A stretch of DNA of 64,000 nt, taken from IMG/VR virus record IMGVR_UViG_3300046460_000418; one strand, given 5' to 3'. The position numbers and the translations under genes were made by a program. Positions 28,262 through 38,036 of this stretch are shown piece after piece; position 1 is the stretch's first letter, and every line of letters starts with the position of its first letter. A model generated the notes under the pieces. The model ran no database searches. It saw only the letters and a list, made by a program, of their open reading frames with translations, and had not been told where the DNA came from. Source of the DNA: a virus (lineage: Duplodnaviria > Heunggongvirae > Uroviricota > Caudoviricetes).

Positions 28262-31200
28262 ATGCTGCATGATTTCTTTGAAGGGCTGCCCAGCCAGCCT
28301 GGTTTCACAACGATCTTTGAAGCCATGAAGGCATTGCAGAACAATAATCTTTCTGGAGCTGCTTTTGAAGCGTTCGCGCTGGAAGTGTTGAAAGCCGATC
28401 CGCTTTTGCAGGTGGCCGCCGCATACCGAAGGAAAGACGCGCCCAAGGAAATCCTCAAAAAACTATCGTTGCGTCCAGATGAGGATAACGGGACAGACAT
28501 CATCATTGTAGACCGCAATGACCGCATCATCGCCGTCCAGGTAAAGTTCCGCCAAGACACGTCATCCAGCATATCGTGGCGAGAGTTGGGGACTTTTTGG
28601 GGTGAGTCCGTCAATGCTGATGCCCGGATCGTCTTCACGACAGCCAGCGATGTCGATCCATCTGGAAAAGCGCCCGAAGACTCGAAGCTGATCAAGATTT
28701 GCTACCACGACCTGGCGTCTCTCGACCCTGAACATCTCAATCTTGCCGTCCAAATCCTGGCAGGAAACGCACCCCAGGCTGCCGGGCGGCGTGACGAGAA
28801 GCCACATCAGAGCCGTGCGATTGAAGATATCCTTCGCGAGCTGCAGGTCCATGGGAAGGGTGTTTTCCACTCTGCCTGCGGCACCGGAAAGACGCTCACC
28901 TCGGAACGAGTGATGGAAGGTCTTTTCGAAAACAAGGGAGGAACCGCGCTATTCCTGGTCCCATCCCTCAACCTGCTGCGCCAGGTCATGGTGGAGTGGG
29001 CGAGGGAACTGGCGGACGATGATCGGTTCGCATTCATCGCTGTATGCTCGGATAACACGGTCTCGACGGCGAACGAGGAAGGGAACCGTTACGATATCAC
29101 GGTTGCGAATGTGGGCGTGCCGGTCACGTCATCCGCCGATGAGGTGCGGGCTTTCCTGTCCAAACCTCGGAACTCGGATGCTGTACGGATTGTCTTTGCG
29201 ACTTATCAGTCCAGCCCTCTGATCGGCGAGGCCACATCGGATTCGGAGCCCTTCGAGATCATTTTCTACGATGAAGCGCATCGGACCGTCAGCGCGAAGA
29301 CGAAACAAGCCGAGATTTCGCCATTCTCTTACGCGCTGTCCGACGGAAACGTCGAGGCCAGGCTCCGGCTGTTCATGACGGCCACACCGAAAATCCGACG
29401 CTTCCGCGCAGAGCAGACCAATGATGAGGTCGAGTACCTCTCGATGGACGACGTCACGGTCTATGGTCCGGTCATCCACCGGTACACCATGACCGAGGCG
29501 GCCAGGGACAAGGTCACCTGCAAGGTCAAGATCGTTGCCGTTGCCATAAATGAGGCGGAGCTTTCAGTTCCTTTGAAGGGTAGCTTCACTCATGTTTCAG
29601 ACATTCCGGTCACCGCTGGCCTGATGGCCAATGTCATTGGCGTCGAGAAGGCAATCGCAATCTCCAATGCCGCCGCCGTCATCACGTATCATTCTCGGCT
29701 GCAGGATGCAGAACGCTTCTCGCGAATCATGGAAGAGAGGCTTGAGGGCTGGAATGTCGCCCATATCAGCGGAAAGCAGACTGCCGCTAAACGTGGAAAG
29801 CTGATCGACGGGGTGAAGCGCAGCGAGCAGAGCCTTACGACGAATGTTCGGTGCCTGACGGAGGGTGTTGATTTCCCGGCAGTCGATATGGTCGCGATCC
29901 TCGCCAATATCCAAAGCAAGATCGACATCACGCAAATTGTTGGCCGGGCTGTGCGGCGACCGGAAAATAGCGAAAAAGAGTTCGGGTACGTGATGCTTCC
30001 GCTCGTCATCGGTAGCAGCCAAAGCGACGAGGAGATGTTCAGGTCGCAAGGGTTCGAAGTTCTTTGGGATGTCGTGTCCGCAATCGCCGACGCCGATGAC
30101 GACTTCATGAACCTCTTGAATGAAGCGCGGCTCGAAACAGGTCAGCAGGGCGGCACACGCTTCCAGTCACTATCCCAGCAGTTAAGGGAGAGAATTGATC
30201 TCGTCGGCATCAGCAGTGTCGCGCTCTGCGATGCGATCACCGTGCGCATCCTGGAGAAAACGACGTCGAATTTCTACTATGGCTTCGGGCAGCTGAAAAA
30301 GCACCTGCAGACGTTCGGCACATTCAGCATGCCAAACGGCTTCATGACGGAAGACGGGTTCCCTCTCGGCAATTGGATCAGCAATACGACCTATCGATGG
30401 AGGAACGGAACTCTGTCATCGGACAAGGTCGAGATGCTGAAGGAAATCGGCTTGTCATCCATGACGGCGGACGAGCGCTTCGATAACAGCATCGCGATCC
30501 TCGAACGATACTTCGAAGCGAACGGCCGAAGCTATCTGACCAGCGGTATCGTGTCGGAGGACTACGCGCTTGGAGCCTGGCTCAAAACGGTAGGCAATCG
30601 GAGAAAGCAAGGTCTCGTGCCGGAGGATCGACTGCAGCGGTTGGACGCGCTGGGCGTGGTCTGGGAGCCGGATGGCGACCTGTTTGAGAAGGGATACTCC
30701 CGCCTGCTCGATTTCCACCAGACCTACGGCCACGCACGCGTAAAACTCGATTACGTCGATCCGGAGGGCTTCCATCTGTATAATTGGCTCCGGGTCCAGC
30801 GCACGCTGCTGAAGCAGGGCAAGATAACTGCGGAGCGCGTAGCAGCACTGGAAACGCTCGGGGTGAAGGGCGGCGTATTGGACGAGACTTACGCCCGCAA
30901 TATCGGTATCGCCGAGAGATACCTCATCCACAATGGAAGCAGTGGTCACATTCCGACGTCTGCCGTGTTTGAAGACATAAAGCTTGGTGAGTGGATAGCG
31001 CAAGCAAAGAACAGGATCAGACGCGGTAAGGTGCCTGAGAAGTGGGTTCAAAGGCTGGCAGATATCGGGATCGTCGTAGAAGCTTCCACAAGGGGGCCGA
31101 AGCCGGGTTCCAAGAGGGAAGCTAAGCCAGAGGCCGACAAACCGAGAGCTTGGGACGAGGCCTTCAATCGAGGACTTCTCAAGCTGACCCGATACAAGGA

Positions 31201-31405
31201 GGTCCATGGGCATACCAACGTCCACCAGGCCAAGGGCATTTTTGAAGACTTCAATCTAGGAAGCTGGCTTCACCTGAGACTGCGGAACTGGCGCAACGAC
31301 ATGCTGAGCCAGGAACAGATCGATGCATTGGTCGCCCTCGGTGTTGAAAAATATCGCCCCCAGAGAGGCAGTAAGATTGCGATTGGGGTATCAGCCGCAC
31401 TCTGA
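28262..31405 (+). CDS. Large (1047 aa) nuclease-helicase: N-terminal Mrr-like PD-(D/E)xK restriction-endonuclease fold, SF2 DEAD/DEAH helicase core, five C-terminal HA (helicase-associated) repeats
   Basis: N-terminus 'GTDIIIVDRNDRIIAVQVKFRQ' is an Mrr-cat-like D...(E/Q)xK. Helicase motifs: 'HSACGTGKT' (motif I), 'FYDEAHRT' (DEAH, II), 'LFMTATP' (III), 'QIVGRAVR' (VI). C-terminal repeats of type '[ED]xxLGxW[LI]xxxRxxxxxGxLxxExxxxLxxLGVxW' occur five times (e.g. 'EDYALGAWLKTVGNRRKQGLVPEDRLQRLDALGVVW'). Confidence 0.85.
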   Translation: MLHDFFEGLPSQPGFTTIFEAMKALQNNNLSGAAFEAFALEVLKADPLLQVAAAYRRKDAPKEILKKLSLRPDEDNGTDIIIVDRNDRIIAVQVKFRQDTSSSISWRELGTFWGESVNADARIVFTTASDVDPSGKAPEDSKLIKICYHDLASLDPEHLNLAVQILAGNAPQAAGRRDEKPHQSRAIEDILRELQVHGKGVFHSACGTGKTLTSERVMEGLFENKGGTALFLVPSLNLLRQVMVEWARELADDDRFAFIAVCSDNTVSTANEEGNRYDITVANVGVPVTSSADEVRAFLSKPRNSDAVRIVFATYQSSPLIGEATSDSEPFEIIFYDEAHRTVSAKTKQAEISPFSYALSDGNVEARLRLFMTATPKIRRFRAEQTNDEVEYLSMDDVTVYGPVIHRYTMTEAARDKVTCKVKIVAVAINEAELSVPLKGSFTHVSDIPVTAGLMANVIGVEKAIAISNAAAVITYHSRLQDAERFSRIMEERLEGWNVAHISGKQTAAKRGKLIDGVKRSEQSLTTNVRCLTEGVDFPAVDMVAILANIQSKIDITQIVGRAVRRPENSEKEFGYVMLPLVIGSSQSDEEMFRSQGFEVLWDVVSAIADADDDFMNLLNEARLETGQQGGTRFQSLSQQLRERIDLVGISSVALCDAITVRILEKTTSNFYYGFGQLKKHLQTFGTFSMPNGFMTEDGFPLGNWISNTTYRWRNGTLSSDKVEMLKEIGLSSMTADERFDNSIAILERYFEANGRSYLTSGIVSEDYALGAWLKTVGNRRKQGLVPEDRLQRLDALGVVWEPDGDLFEKGYSRLLDFHQTYGHARVKLDYVDPEGFHLYNWLRVQRTLLKQGKITAERVAALETLGVKGGVLDETYARNIGIAERYLIHNGSSGHIPTSAVFEDIKLGEWIAQAKNRIRRGKVPEKWVQRLADIGIVVEASTRGPKPGSKREAKPEADKPRAWDEAFNRGLLKLTRYKEVHGHTNVHQAKGIFEDFNLGSWLHLRLRNWRNDMLSQEQIDALVALGVEKYRPQRGSKIAIGVSAAL

Positions 31406-31411
31406 CAGAGG

Positions 31412-31621
31412 TCAGCTGTCCCGGACACTCATCAAGGGTAAGCGCAGGAAATGGATCATGCCGTCGACATCATCCACGGCCGTGATTTCCAGTTCGTCAT
31501 CAAAGATTTCGGATACTGCGACAACGGTGCCGACCAGAGAGCGCAGGAAATCCTGCTCGTGTTCAGGCAAGCCATAAAGCAGGGCATCGGGGACTTGCAG
31601 GAGGATCACACTTCGGGTCAT
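31412..31621 (-). CDS. Small acidic hypothetical protein (69 aa)
   Basis: ORF 40 nt downstream of the 31662 stop on the same strand. Weak RBS. Confidence 0.3.
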   Translation of the reverse strand: MTRSVILLQVPDALLYGLPEHEQDFLRSLVGTVVAVSEIFDDELEITAVDDVDGMIHFLRLPLMSVRDS

Positions 31622-31661
31622 GGTCAGACAATCAGGTAGAGGAAAGCCCGAGACAAGTCAC

Positions 31662-32138
31662 TCAGCTAACGATCATTCCCGTGTCGACCCTAAGCTTGAT
31701 TGTGGCACCGTCATCGAACGTGAGGGAAACGACATCTTCATCGACTTCGTAGTCTTCGAGAACATTTTTGTGATAACGCCATTTCTCTTCGTAGGTGCCG
31801 AGAGCGAGCATAATGCAGCCGATGTGATCAAATACGAGAAGGCCACTCTCGGTCAGGGAATAATCGATGACCGGAAACTGGTGATAATGCTGCACGAACC
31901 CTGCAGAACCTGATCTGAGCACCCAGACCGAGTCGTTGGCCAGCGCAATCACGTCGCCTTCAACCGTCAGCACCTTCGGAGCAATGCCAATGCCGATTGC
32001 CTTGATTAGAACCGAGTGGATGGCTGCGCCGTCAGCGAACTGAAAGCTGAAGTAATCACACTCTCGGCCTTGGCTGGCGTCGATCAGAAAATCATGAGGC
32101 GCTTCCGCTTCAACCTGATGCATAGTGATCTCGCTCAT
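31662..32138 (-). CDS. Acidic cytoplasmic protein (~158 aa), translationally coupled to the upstream signal-peptide protein (immunity-like partner)
   Basis: The ATG at 32138 overlaps the upstream stop (ATGA, 32135-32138), with AAGGGAA RBS 8 nt upstream. Product begins MSEITMHQVEAEAPHDF... and is D/E-rich. Confidence 0.55.
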   Translation of the reverse strand: MSEITMHQVEAEAPHDFLIDASQGRECDYFSFQFADGAAIHSVLIKAIGIGIAPKVLTVEGDVIALANDSVWVLRSGSAGFVQHYHQFPVIDYSLTESGLLVFDHIGCIMLALGTYEEKWRYHKNVLEDYEVDEDVVSLTFDDGATIKLRVDTGMIVS

Positions 32139-32872
32139 TTCATTGTTCCCTTGATAATCGCTGAGATCAGCTGTTTCCCGTTCCAAACAGATTCCAACTT
32201 AACGCCGCCGCCTGGCCCCATCACCAAGCTTTCTTTCGTTACGAAACCGTCTGCACTAGAACTAACGGTCGATGCCGGATCATTAAAGGCGTCGACCAGA
32301 ATTTTTTCAATGTATTCGCGAGAGGCAGGAGTGTCTTGGATGCCAACGCGGTTGAGCTGCGCCAACATAGACTGAGACCTTTGTAAGTTATGCGGGCGGC
32401 CAGTTGCTTTTCCAAAGATGAAATCGAGCTTCTTCCCGAGTACCGGCTTTTCATCATTCTTGTTTTCACCGAACGGATCGTCAGGGTCTTCGGGCATATG
32501 GCCAGAGTTGTGGCCAAACATTGGAGAAAGAGGTTCCTTCGCAGGAGTGTCGTTCTCTTTCATCCAATCATCAAGATGATCCCAAGCGGCACTCGCCACC
32601 GCACCACCCAAACTGAGCTTTCCTGCATATTCCAGGCAAATTGGCGAGGAAAGGCATCGTTGCACTGCTGATGGCGCGTATCGCTTTAGCAGAAACTCTC
32701 CACCCAGCATCGCGCCCTTACCAACGCCACGCGCGACGGCACCTGAACATGAGGAAGACTTGAGGCACAAGGCGGCCCCTCCGCGCAATGCCCACTTCAT
32801 AGGCCCTGCTTGGGCATTTGAGCAAAAAATCAGATTGACGGAGATGGCAAGGACAAGAAGGAAACGCAGCAT
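32135..32872 (-). CDS. Signal-peptide protein (245 aa), function unknown, with a C-terminal domain of toxin-like character (speculative)
   Basis: GGAG RBS + ATG. N-terminus MLRFLLVLAISVNLIFCSNAQA is a Sec signal. Low-complexity G/A/S linker, then a C-terminal domain with no recognisable family. Confidence 0.6.
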   Translation of the reverse strand: MLRFLLVLAISVNLIFCSNAQAGPMKWALRGGAALCLKSSSCSGAVARGVGKGAMLGGEFLLKRYAPSAVQRCLSSPICLEYAGKLSLGGAVASAAWDHLDDWMKENDTPAKEPLSPMFGHNSGHMPEDPDDPFGENKNDEKPVLGKKLDFIFGKATGRPHNLQRSQSMLAQLNRVGIQDTPASREYIEKILVDAFNDPASTVSSSADGFVTKESLVMGPGGGVKLESVWNGKQLISAIIKGTMK

Positions 32873-33105
32873 TCGATCTCCACGACAATCAGACGCATGG
32901 AGCTTACACCAATTATGTCAACACTTTAAAATTAGCTCATGGGAGCGTTAACGAAACCTTGCTTAATCAATGTTCTGGCAGGAGGACAACCGACAACAAC
33001 TCTTATCGCCGCATCGTGTTTCCTACAGCATATTGCTGCTTGACGCTTTTTAGGCCGTCCTCGAACATTTAAATTGGTCACGACTGATTGTAAAGGACGC
33101 TTGCT

Positions 33106-34467
33106 TTGCACACTGGAACGAAGAACCAAATCAATGGCACAGCAGCTCAACTAAGAATGCAGACAGCTCTGCTTTTAGAGGATTTCACCTGTAATAGTAG
33201 CAATACAGTTGATTTGATGGGCTGGGACCTGATTGCCCAAAAAGAAGGTTCTAAGGCTCCGTCCGCTGAAATGATTGCGCCAAATATAGAGTATCTGATC
33301 CAGAGCAAATCATCCGTAAACAGGATTGTTAGCGGGCCGCAGATCGAATTAACCAACATAATACGGCTACTTAATTCGGCGATACCAAGCTTTATAGTCT
33401 ATTTGAGACCGAGCGGCTTGAACATAGCCGAGGTTTTCGTCGTGCTGGTAAACGAACAAGTGCGTGATCTGGCCAAGAAAGCTGAGATAGAAGCAAGGAA
33501 GAAAGGTACCCCCAACCATCAAAAGAGGGTTACGATCCCTCTAGACATCGGCGTGCATATCGAACGAATAACTGAACATTTCAGATTTGAAGATATTTTT
33601 CGCGAACTCATTGACCGGGACCGAACTGAACTACTGTCGAAGAAAGTCAAAGCAAAACCTGAACTTGCAGGCCTTACATTGGTCGGAACAGCGTCGGCAT
33701 CTTACGAAAGCGATCATTCCCGAGTCTGTTTCCCGCTTGTTGACGTGTACCAAGGCTCACGCAAATTTGGAGACGGCACGCTGGTCTTCTCAACTAAATT
33801 TTTCACCTACTGGCTGCGCGATGAATTGACGGGGCAAAGTCCTTCAACCGACCAAGCACTCGGAGAATGGGACGTTGCGCCAAAAGCAAAGTTGAGCGAA
33901 GTGATCAACGCGATCAGAGCAATTAGAATTATGCAAGGCGACAATGCTCGATGTGAAACCTTCTACAATGGGAAGAAAAAAGTCTACGAGAGGAAATACG
34001 GCGATAAGTTCGCTGTGCTCGACAATAAGGCCCTACAGGTACTTTCCTTTGCAGAGATTTGCCTTGCCGCTTGCCGCGCGAGGGATATGGACCTCGACCC
34101 GATAACTTGCTTTCCGATAATCGGCGGCGAATTGTTTCACACTGAGGCTTTTAACAGCCTGGCGGCAAGGGGCGGCGTCGTAAAAATCCCAAAGTATATA
34201 CCTGGATCGGGAGTGCATAGCTTTACGCTCGCGGAAGTCTACGAGTTAGGTGGCATCTACATCAGTTTATCTTACAGGTTCGAATGCTATCATGAAAAAC
34301 CGATAATGAGGGATGAAGTTATCAGTGTCGGGCCAGGTGTTTTTCACGGCGCAAAAGCGTTCACATCGATTGACGCTGTCGAAGCTCATCATAACCAAAG
34401 GCATGGAGGACTTGGTCTTCAATATAATTCTCTAATAAATCTGCCAGACCCGGTGGCTGATAATTAG
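33106..34467 (+). CDS. Orphan 453-aa protein inside a low-GC insertion; function unknown
   Basis: Long ORF in a stretch clearly more AT-rich than its surroundings (about 32880-34500). Start ambiguous: TTG 33106 or ATG 33157. Confidence 0.6.
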   Translation: MHTGTKNQINGTAAQLRMQTALLLEDFTCNSSNTVDLMGWDLIAQKEGSKAPSAEMIAPNIEYLIQSKSSVNRIVSGPQIELTNIIRLLNSAIPSFIVYLRPSGLNIAEVFVVLVNEQVRDLAKKAEIEARKKGTPNHQKRVTIPLDIGVHIERITEHFRFEDIFRELIDRDRTELLSKKVKAKPELAGLTLVGTASASYESDHSRVCFPLVDVYQGSRKFGDGTLVFSTKFFTYWLRDELTGQSPSTDQALGEWDVAPKAKLSEVINAIRAIRIMQGDNARCETFYNGKKKVYERKYGDKFAVLDNKALQVLSFAEICLAACRARDMDLDPITCFPIIGGELFHTEAFNSLAARGGVVKIPKYIPGSGVHSFTLAEVYELGGIYISLSYRFECYHEKPIMRDEVISVGPGVFHGAKAFTSIDAVEAHHNQRHGGLGLQYNSLINLPDPVADN

Positions 34468-34610
34468 CATTATCGCTCAATGTAGAGTGACAGGTATCAC
34501 ACTGCTCGGAAAGGGAAGAAGCCGCGTACCTAAGATGTGACGACAGCCAACCCGTGTCAGGAAAGCATGCTCGGCGGGCGGTCATATGGTCGTCCGCCGA
34601 GTCTGACGCC

Positions 34611-34829
34611 TCAGGCTTTCGACGTCAGCATACGGTCAACGAGGTTAAATGCTCCGAACAAAAGTGGGAGTGTCACCCCTAGAAAGGCAGTGTAACAGGC
34701 CGCGTTGACCACAAAGCTATCTGAAAAGATGCCTTGAACCTCTGGAAGATGGATCGCTGCCCACCATACGGGACTTACCCCTACCGGTACCATTGCCCAG
34801 GAAATCGCATTTCGTTGCGTCTCAGTCAT
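34611..34829 (-). CDS. Small membrane protein (~72 aa, 2 TM)
   Basis: GAGGT RBS 7 nt before the ATG at 34829 (MTETQRNAISWAMVPVGVSPVWWAAI...). Confidence 0.4.
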   Translation of the reverse strand: MTETQRNAISWAMVPVGVSPVWWAAIHLPEVQGIFSDSFVVNAACYTAFLGVTLPLLFGAFNLVDRMLTSKA

Positions 34830-35081
34830 TTTTGAACCTCGATTGATGATCACAAAAAGCTAGTACACAGCTCTTGATCTGACAAGGAAATTAAACCCTG
34901 AACCGAGGTGACGCGCTCGACAGAAACCAAAGTTGTCTTCCCCTCTCCGGCGATTGGGAAGCTGCCCGAACAGCGGGGGGCACACAACAAAGCCCTTTGT
35001 TGCCAGGCTGGCAACACGGAAAATCTTGTCCATTGCCTCGGTGGCAATCACTCTTAAAGAGCTGAAACACGGACACACCGC

Positions 35082-35348
35082 ATGGGAACCGCACAATCAA
35101 TTAATATTTCGCAAGCTGTGGAGAAGACGCCATGTAGCCGCTGTAAATCTCAGAATACGGAATCGGGCTGGACGGCAAACGTGGCCTTCAAAGATGGCCG
35201 GGAATTCAAGATTATCGGCGTGTGGTGCTACAATTGTGACGACATTGACGATGATTTCGATGAGAACCGCGAATACCACGAAGCCGTGGCTAAGGACGCT
35301 TCTGAGTGGTGGAAACACCTGAATTTCGAGGAAGCTGCTGATAGCTAG
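35082..35348 (+). CDS. Small zinc-ribbon-like protein (88 aa; CSRC ... CYNC)
   Basis: ORF with two CxxC pairs. Weak RBS. Confidence 0.35.
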   Translation: MGTAQSINISQAVEKTPCSRCKSQNTESGWTANVAFKDGREFKIIGVWCYNCDDIDDDFDENREYHEAVAKDASEWWKHLNFEEAADS

Positions 35349-35810
35349 CTTTATCGGTTCACGAAATCGTGGGAAATTATATAAATCCAGCTATTTAATG
35401 GGCTGGTTTCCGGACAGCTAGTCCTCCAGTGACCGACCTCTGTCCGTCGGATCATTCCTCATCGACAACAGAGAACGTCTCGCCACCGTCACCACCTGCA
35501 GCTTGGTCGTTCATATCCTCCAACATTCCTTCCAATTCGTGGCTTTCGACGTCTTGCAGGTACTTGAAGATGAAATAAAGTGGATTCCCATGCTTCATGA
35601 TTAAATCGGCATACCTGTGCTCGGCGTCCACTCTGTCGATTGTGACTTTTGTTTTCCCTGACATTCGCATCCGCACCCGTTAAATTGCAATGCAACGATT
35701 TTCCCTGCATTCATCCGACACGGCAACATAACTTCGGGTACACAGCGGCAAAAGATTGCATTTCCTTGGTGCTTGCATTAAATCCGGAAACTCCAAGAGG
35801 GGTATTTTCG

Positions 35811-36329
35811 ATGAGTAAGACCAGCTTAACCGAACAGCAGATCAACGAGCGTGCTCATCTCGCAGTGATCACGTTGCTGCGGCACCTCAAGGCGGCAAAC
35901 GCTGGAAGTGTCTGGCATAGCAGAGCCTTCATTGGCTCCAATCTGATTGCGACGATTACGCAGTCGTCTGATCTCCAGGTTGCGGTTGCGCTCTATAATC
36001 TGCTTGAAGCGGGCCTCCTGGCAAAGATCGTCGATAACGGCGAGAGCAAGTTCGGCCTCACGGACGACACCCTTCTCAAAAATTTCGAAAAAGAGGGATG
36101 GGATGGTCAGGCTCGCATTCTCGCGCTGACGCACGATGCCAACGGAAACTTTGTTCCAACCGGGCATTGCGGCACAGGATGGGAGCTTGAACGCGATGGT
36201 CATATCGATACCCAGGAAGACAAAGGCTACGATAGTCAGGTTTCGCGGATCACAGACAAAGGTCGGGTGGCATATTACGTCTGCAATCTGATCCTTCCCC
36301 GCGTGGTCGAGATCGCGGAAAAGGCATAG
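35811..36329 (+). CDS. Hypothetical protein (~172 aa)
   Basis: AGAGGGG RBS before the ATG at 35811 (MSKTSLTEQQINER...). Confidence 0.55.
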   Translation: MSKTSLTEQQINERAHLAVITLLRHLKAANAGSVWHSRAFIGSNLIATITQSSDLQVAVALYNLLEAGLLAKIVDNGESKFGLTDDTLLKNFEKEGWDGQARILALTHDANGNFVPTGHCGTGWELERDGHIDTQEDKGYDSQVSRITDKGRVAYYVCNLILPRVVEIAEKA

Positions 36330-36433
36330 TCCCAAGGATATTTCCTAAATGTCCGAAAGGAACAATTCAATATCCTGGACGAAAATCTTGTCACTGATCG
36401 ACGCTTTGGCATCGCTCGACGGGAAAAAGATCA

Positions 36434-37048
36434 ATGACTGCAGGAAATGAGATGCGCGGTTACGACGATACGAAATATCTGGAAGCTATGGGGCACAGCA
36501 TCATGACCGGCGAGTGTTCGTCCGTCGAGCAGGCTGCAAGAGCTGTTCTACAAGAAGATGGTGGATCGAATGTCGACCGCCTTCGAAGGAAGTTTCGCCA
36601 GGATGGCTGGTTCGTGAAGAGTCGCGACGAGTACGTGAGGTTTATCCGATATGGGCCAAAGCCGGTTTTTCGATATGGCGAGCCCAAGAACATGACGCTC
36701 TACGGATTTCAAGCGGGCATCAGGTTTTGGAAGCATCCAATGAAGAACGCCCTCGTGATCATAAAAGGCGGATATCATGATGCGAAAGGCACGCAGGCGA
36801 TGCTTGCGTTCGTGGGGATGCTGGTCGTCGTCTTCTCCTTTCACGCGTATGTCTTGTTTCGATTGGCGCTAGCAGATCGAACATATGATCTGCTGCAGAT
36901 CATATGGATTTCCCCGCTCATCTTTTTCCTGACGGTCGGGCTATCTGGTGATGCGCAGGCCATCCGCGAATTTTTTCGACCTGACGACGACAGTGACATT
37001 GCCCCAAATCGCGGCCACGCTGGATCAACGAGTTTGAAGGAAATTTAG
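36434..37048 (+). CDS. Hypothetical protein (204 aa) with C-terminal 2-TM segment
   Basis: Clean ORF. Hydrophobic 'MLAFVGMLVVVFSFHAYVLF' and 'IWISPLIFFLTVGL'. Confidence 0.5.
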   Translation: MTAGNEMRGYDDTKYLEAMGHSIMTGECSSVEQAARAVLQEDGGSNVDRLRRKFRQDGWFVKSRDEYVRFIRYGPKPVFRYGEPKNMTLYGFQAGIRFWKHPMKNALVIIKGGYHDAKGTQAMLAFVGMLVVVFSFHAYVLFRLALADRTYDLLQIIWISPLIFFLTVGLSGDAQAIREFFRPDDDSDIAPNRGHAGSTSLKEI

Positions 37049-37049
37049 A

Positions 37050-37619
37050 ATGGGCTCTCGTCATCTTGTCGCAGCGTATATCGATGGTGCTTACCGCATT
37101 GCGCAGTATGGGCATACGGGTGCATATCCGGACGATCAAGGTGTCGCCATTCTCGCATTTCTGCAGCACACCAATCACGACAGGTTCAAGGCCGCGCTTC
37201 GCAGGGCCAGCCTTCTGACAGAGGAAGAAATGGAAGAGGTTGAGAATGGAAAGCGACCCGCTCCAATCGAAACCAGGCACGGCTCCGAAATCCTGCATCA
37301 TGTCTTGCTCGCGGAAGAGCCCTTGAAGCTGACAGATTACCTTGCCTTCGCGGGCTCAAGCTTGCATTGCGAGTGGGCTTACGTCATTGATTTCGACAAA
37401 GGTACGTTTGAGGTTTTCATCGGCCGCAATAAGCGTTTCATGGCGACCGACACCCGATTCCCATCCGGCTCCAATTGGCTGGCCCCCGGATATTGGGACT
37501 ATGAGCCGGTCGCTTTATTGAGCAGTTATGATTTGAACAATTTGCCCACATCAGAACAGTTCCTGACCGACATCAAGAAGCTGACCGACGAGGTGAATAT
37601 GGTAGCCGAGGCTGTCTAA
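37050..37619 (+). CDS. Hypothetical protein (189 aa)
   Basis: GAAGGAAA RBS. The ATG is 2 nt after the previous stop, indicating an operon with 36434-37048. Confidence 0.55.
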   Translation: MGSRHLVAAYIDGAYRIAQYGHTGAYPDDQGVAILAFLQHTNHDRFKAALRRASLLTEEEMEEVENGKRPAPIETRHGSEILHHVLLAEEPLKLTDYLAFAGSSLHCEWAYVIDFDKGTFEVFIGRNKRFMATDTRFPSGSNWLAPGYWDYEPVALLSSYDLNNLPTSEQFLTDIKKLTDEVNMVAEAV

Positions 37620-37709
37620 GGGCTAGATGGTCGGCTGCGCGGTTGCCGCAGCGTATTCTTCAAAAGCGGCTTCTGCCTGAAGATCGACATCTGCTTGGAA
37701 TTCCACGAA

Positions 37710-38036
37710 TCAGAGTTTGAAGCCGGTGTCCCTCTTCGCGGCAAGCTCTTTGACAATATGAAAGTCCTTGGCATCATCGATAGCGTCAAGCAAACTTTGA
37801 TAGTCCTCATCGATCATATCGCAGACTGCGTCGAACAATTCATCGGAATCGTCTCCGACATGGCTGCAGATTTCCAAGGCCCGATAGGCGGAAAGGTTCT
37901 CATCCGTAATGCCGAAGGTAGATCGAAGCTCGCGAATGCATCCTGACAAAGCAGCAGCTTCAGATTGACTGCCGCCCTGCCTGAACTCCCAGCTCACCAG
38001 AATGGTGCAAAGCTGGTCGATATCCTTTTTGTTCAT
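37710..38036 (-). CDS. Hypothetical acidic protein (108 aa) ending ...RDTGFKL
   Basis: Clean ORF. C-terminal tail resembles the P3 tail ...MDTGFRI. Confidence 0.45.
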   Translation of the reverse strand: MNKKDIDQLCTILVSWEFRQGGSQSEAAALSGCIRELRSTFGITDENLSAYRALEICSHVGDDSDELFDAVCDMIDEDYQSLLDAIDDAKDFHIVKELAAKRDTGFKL

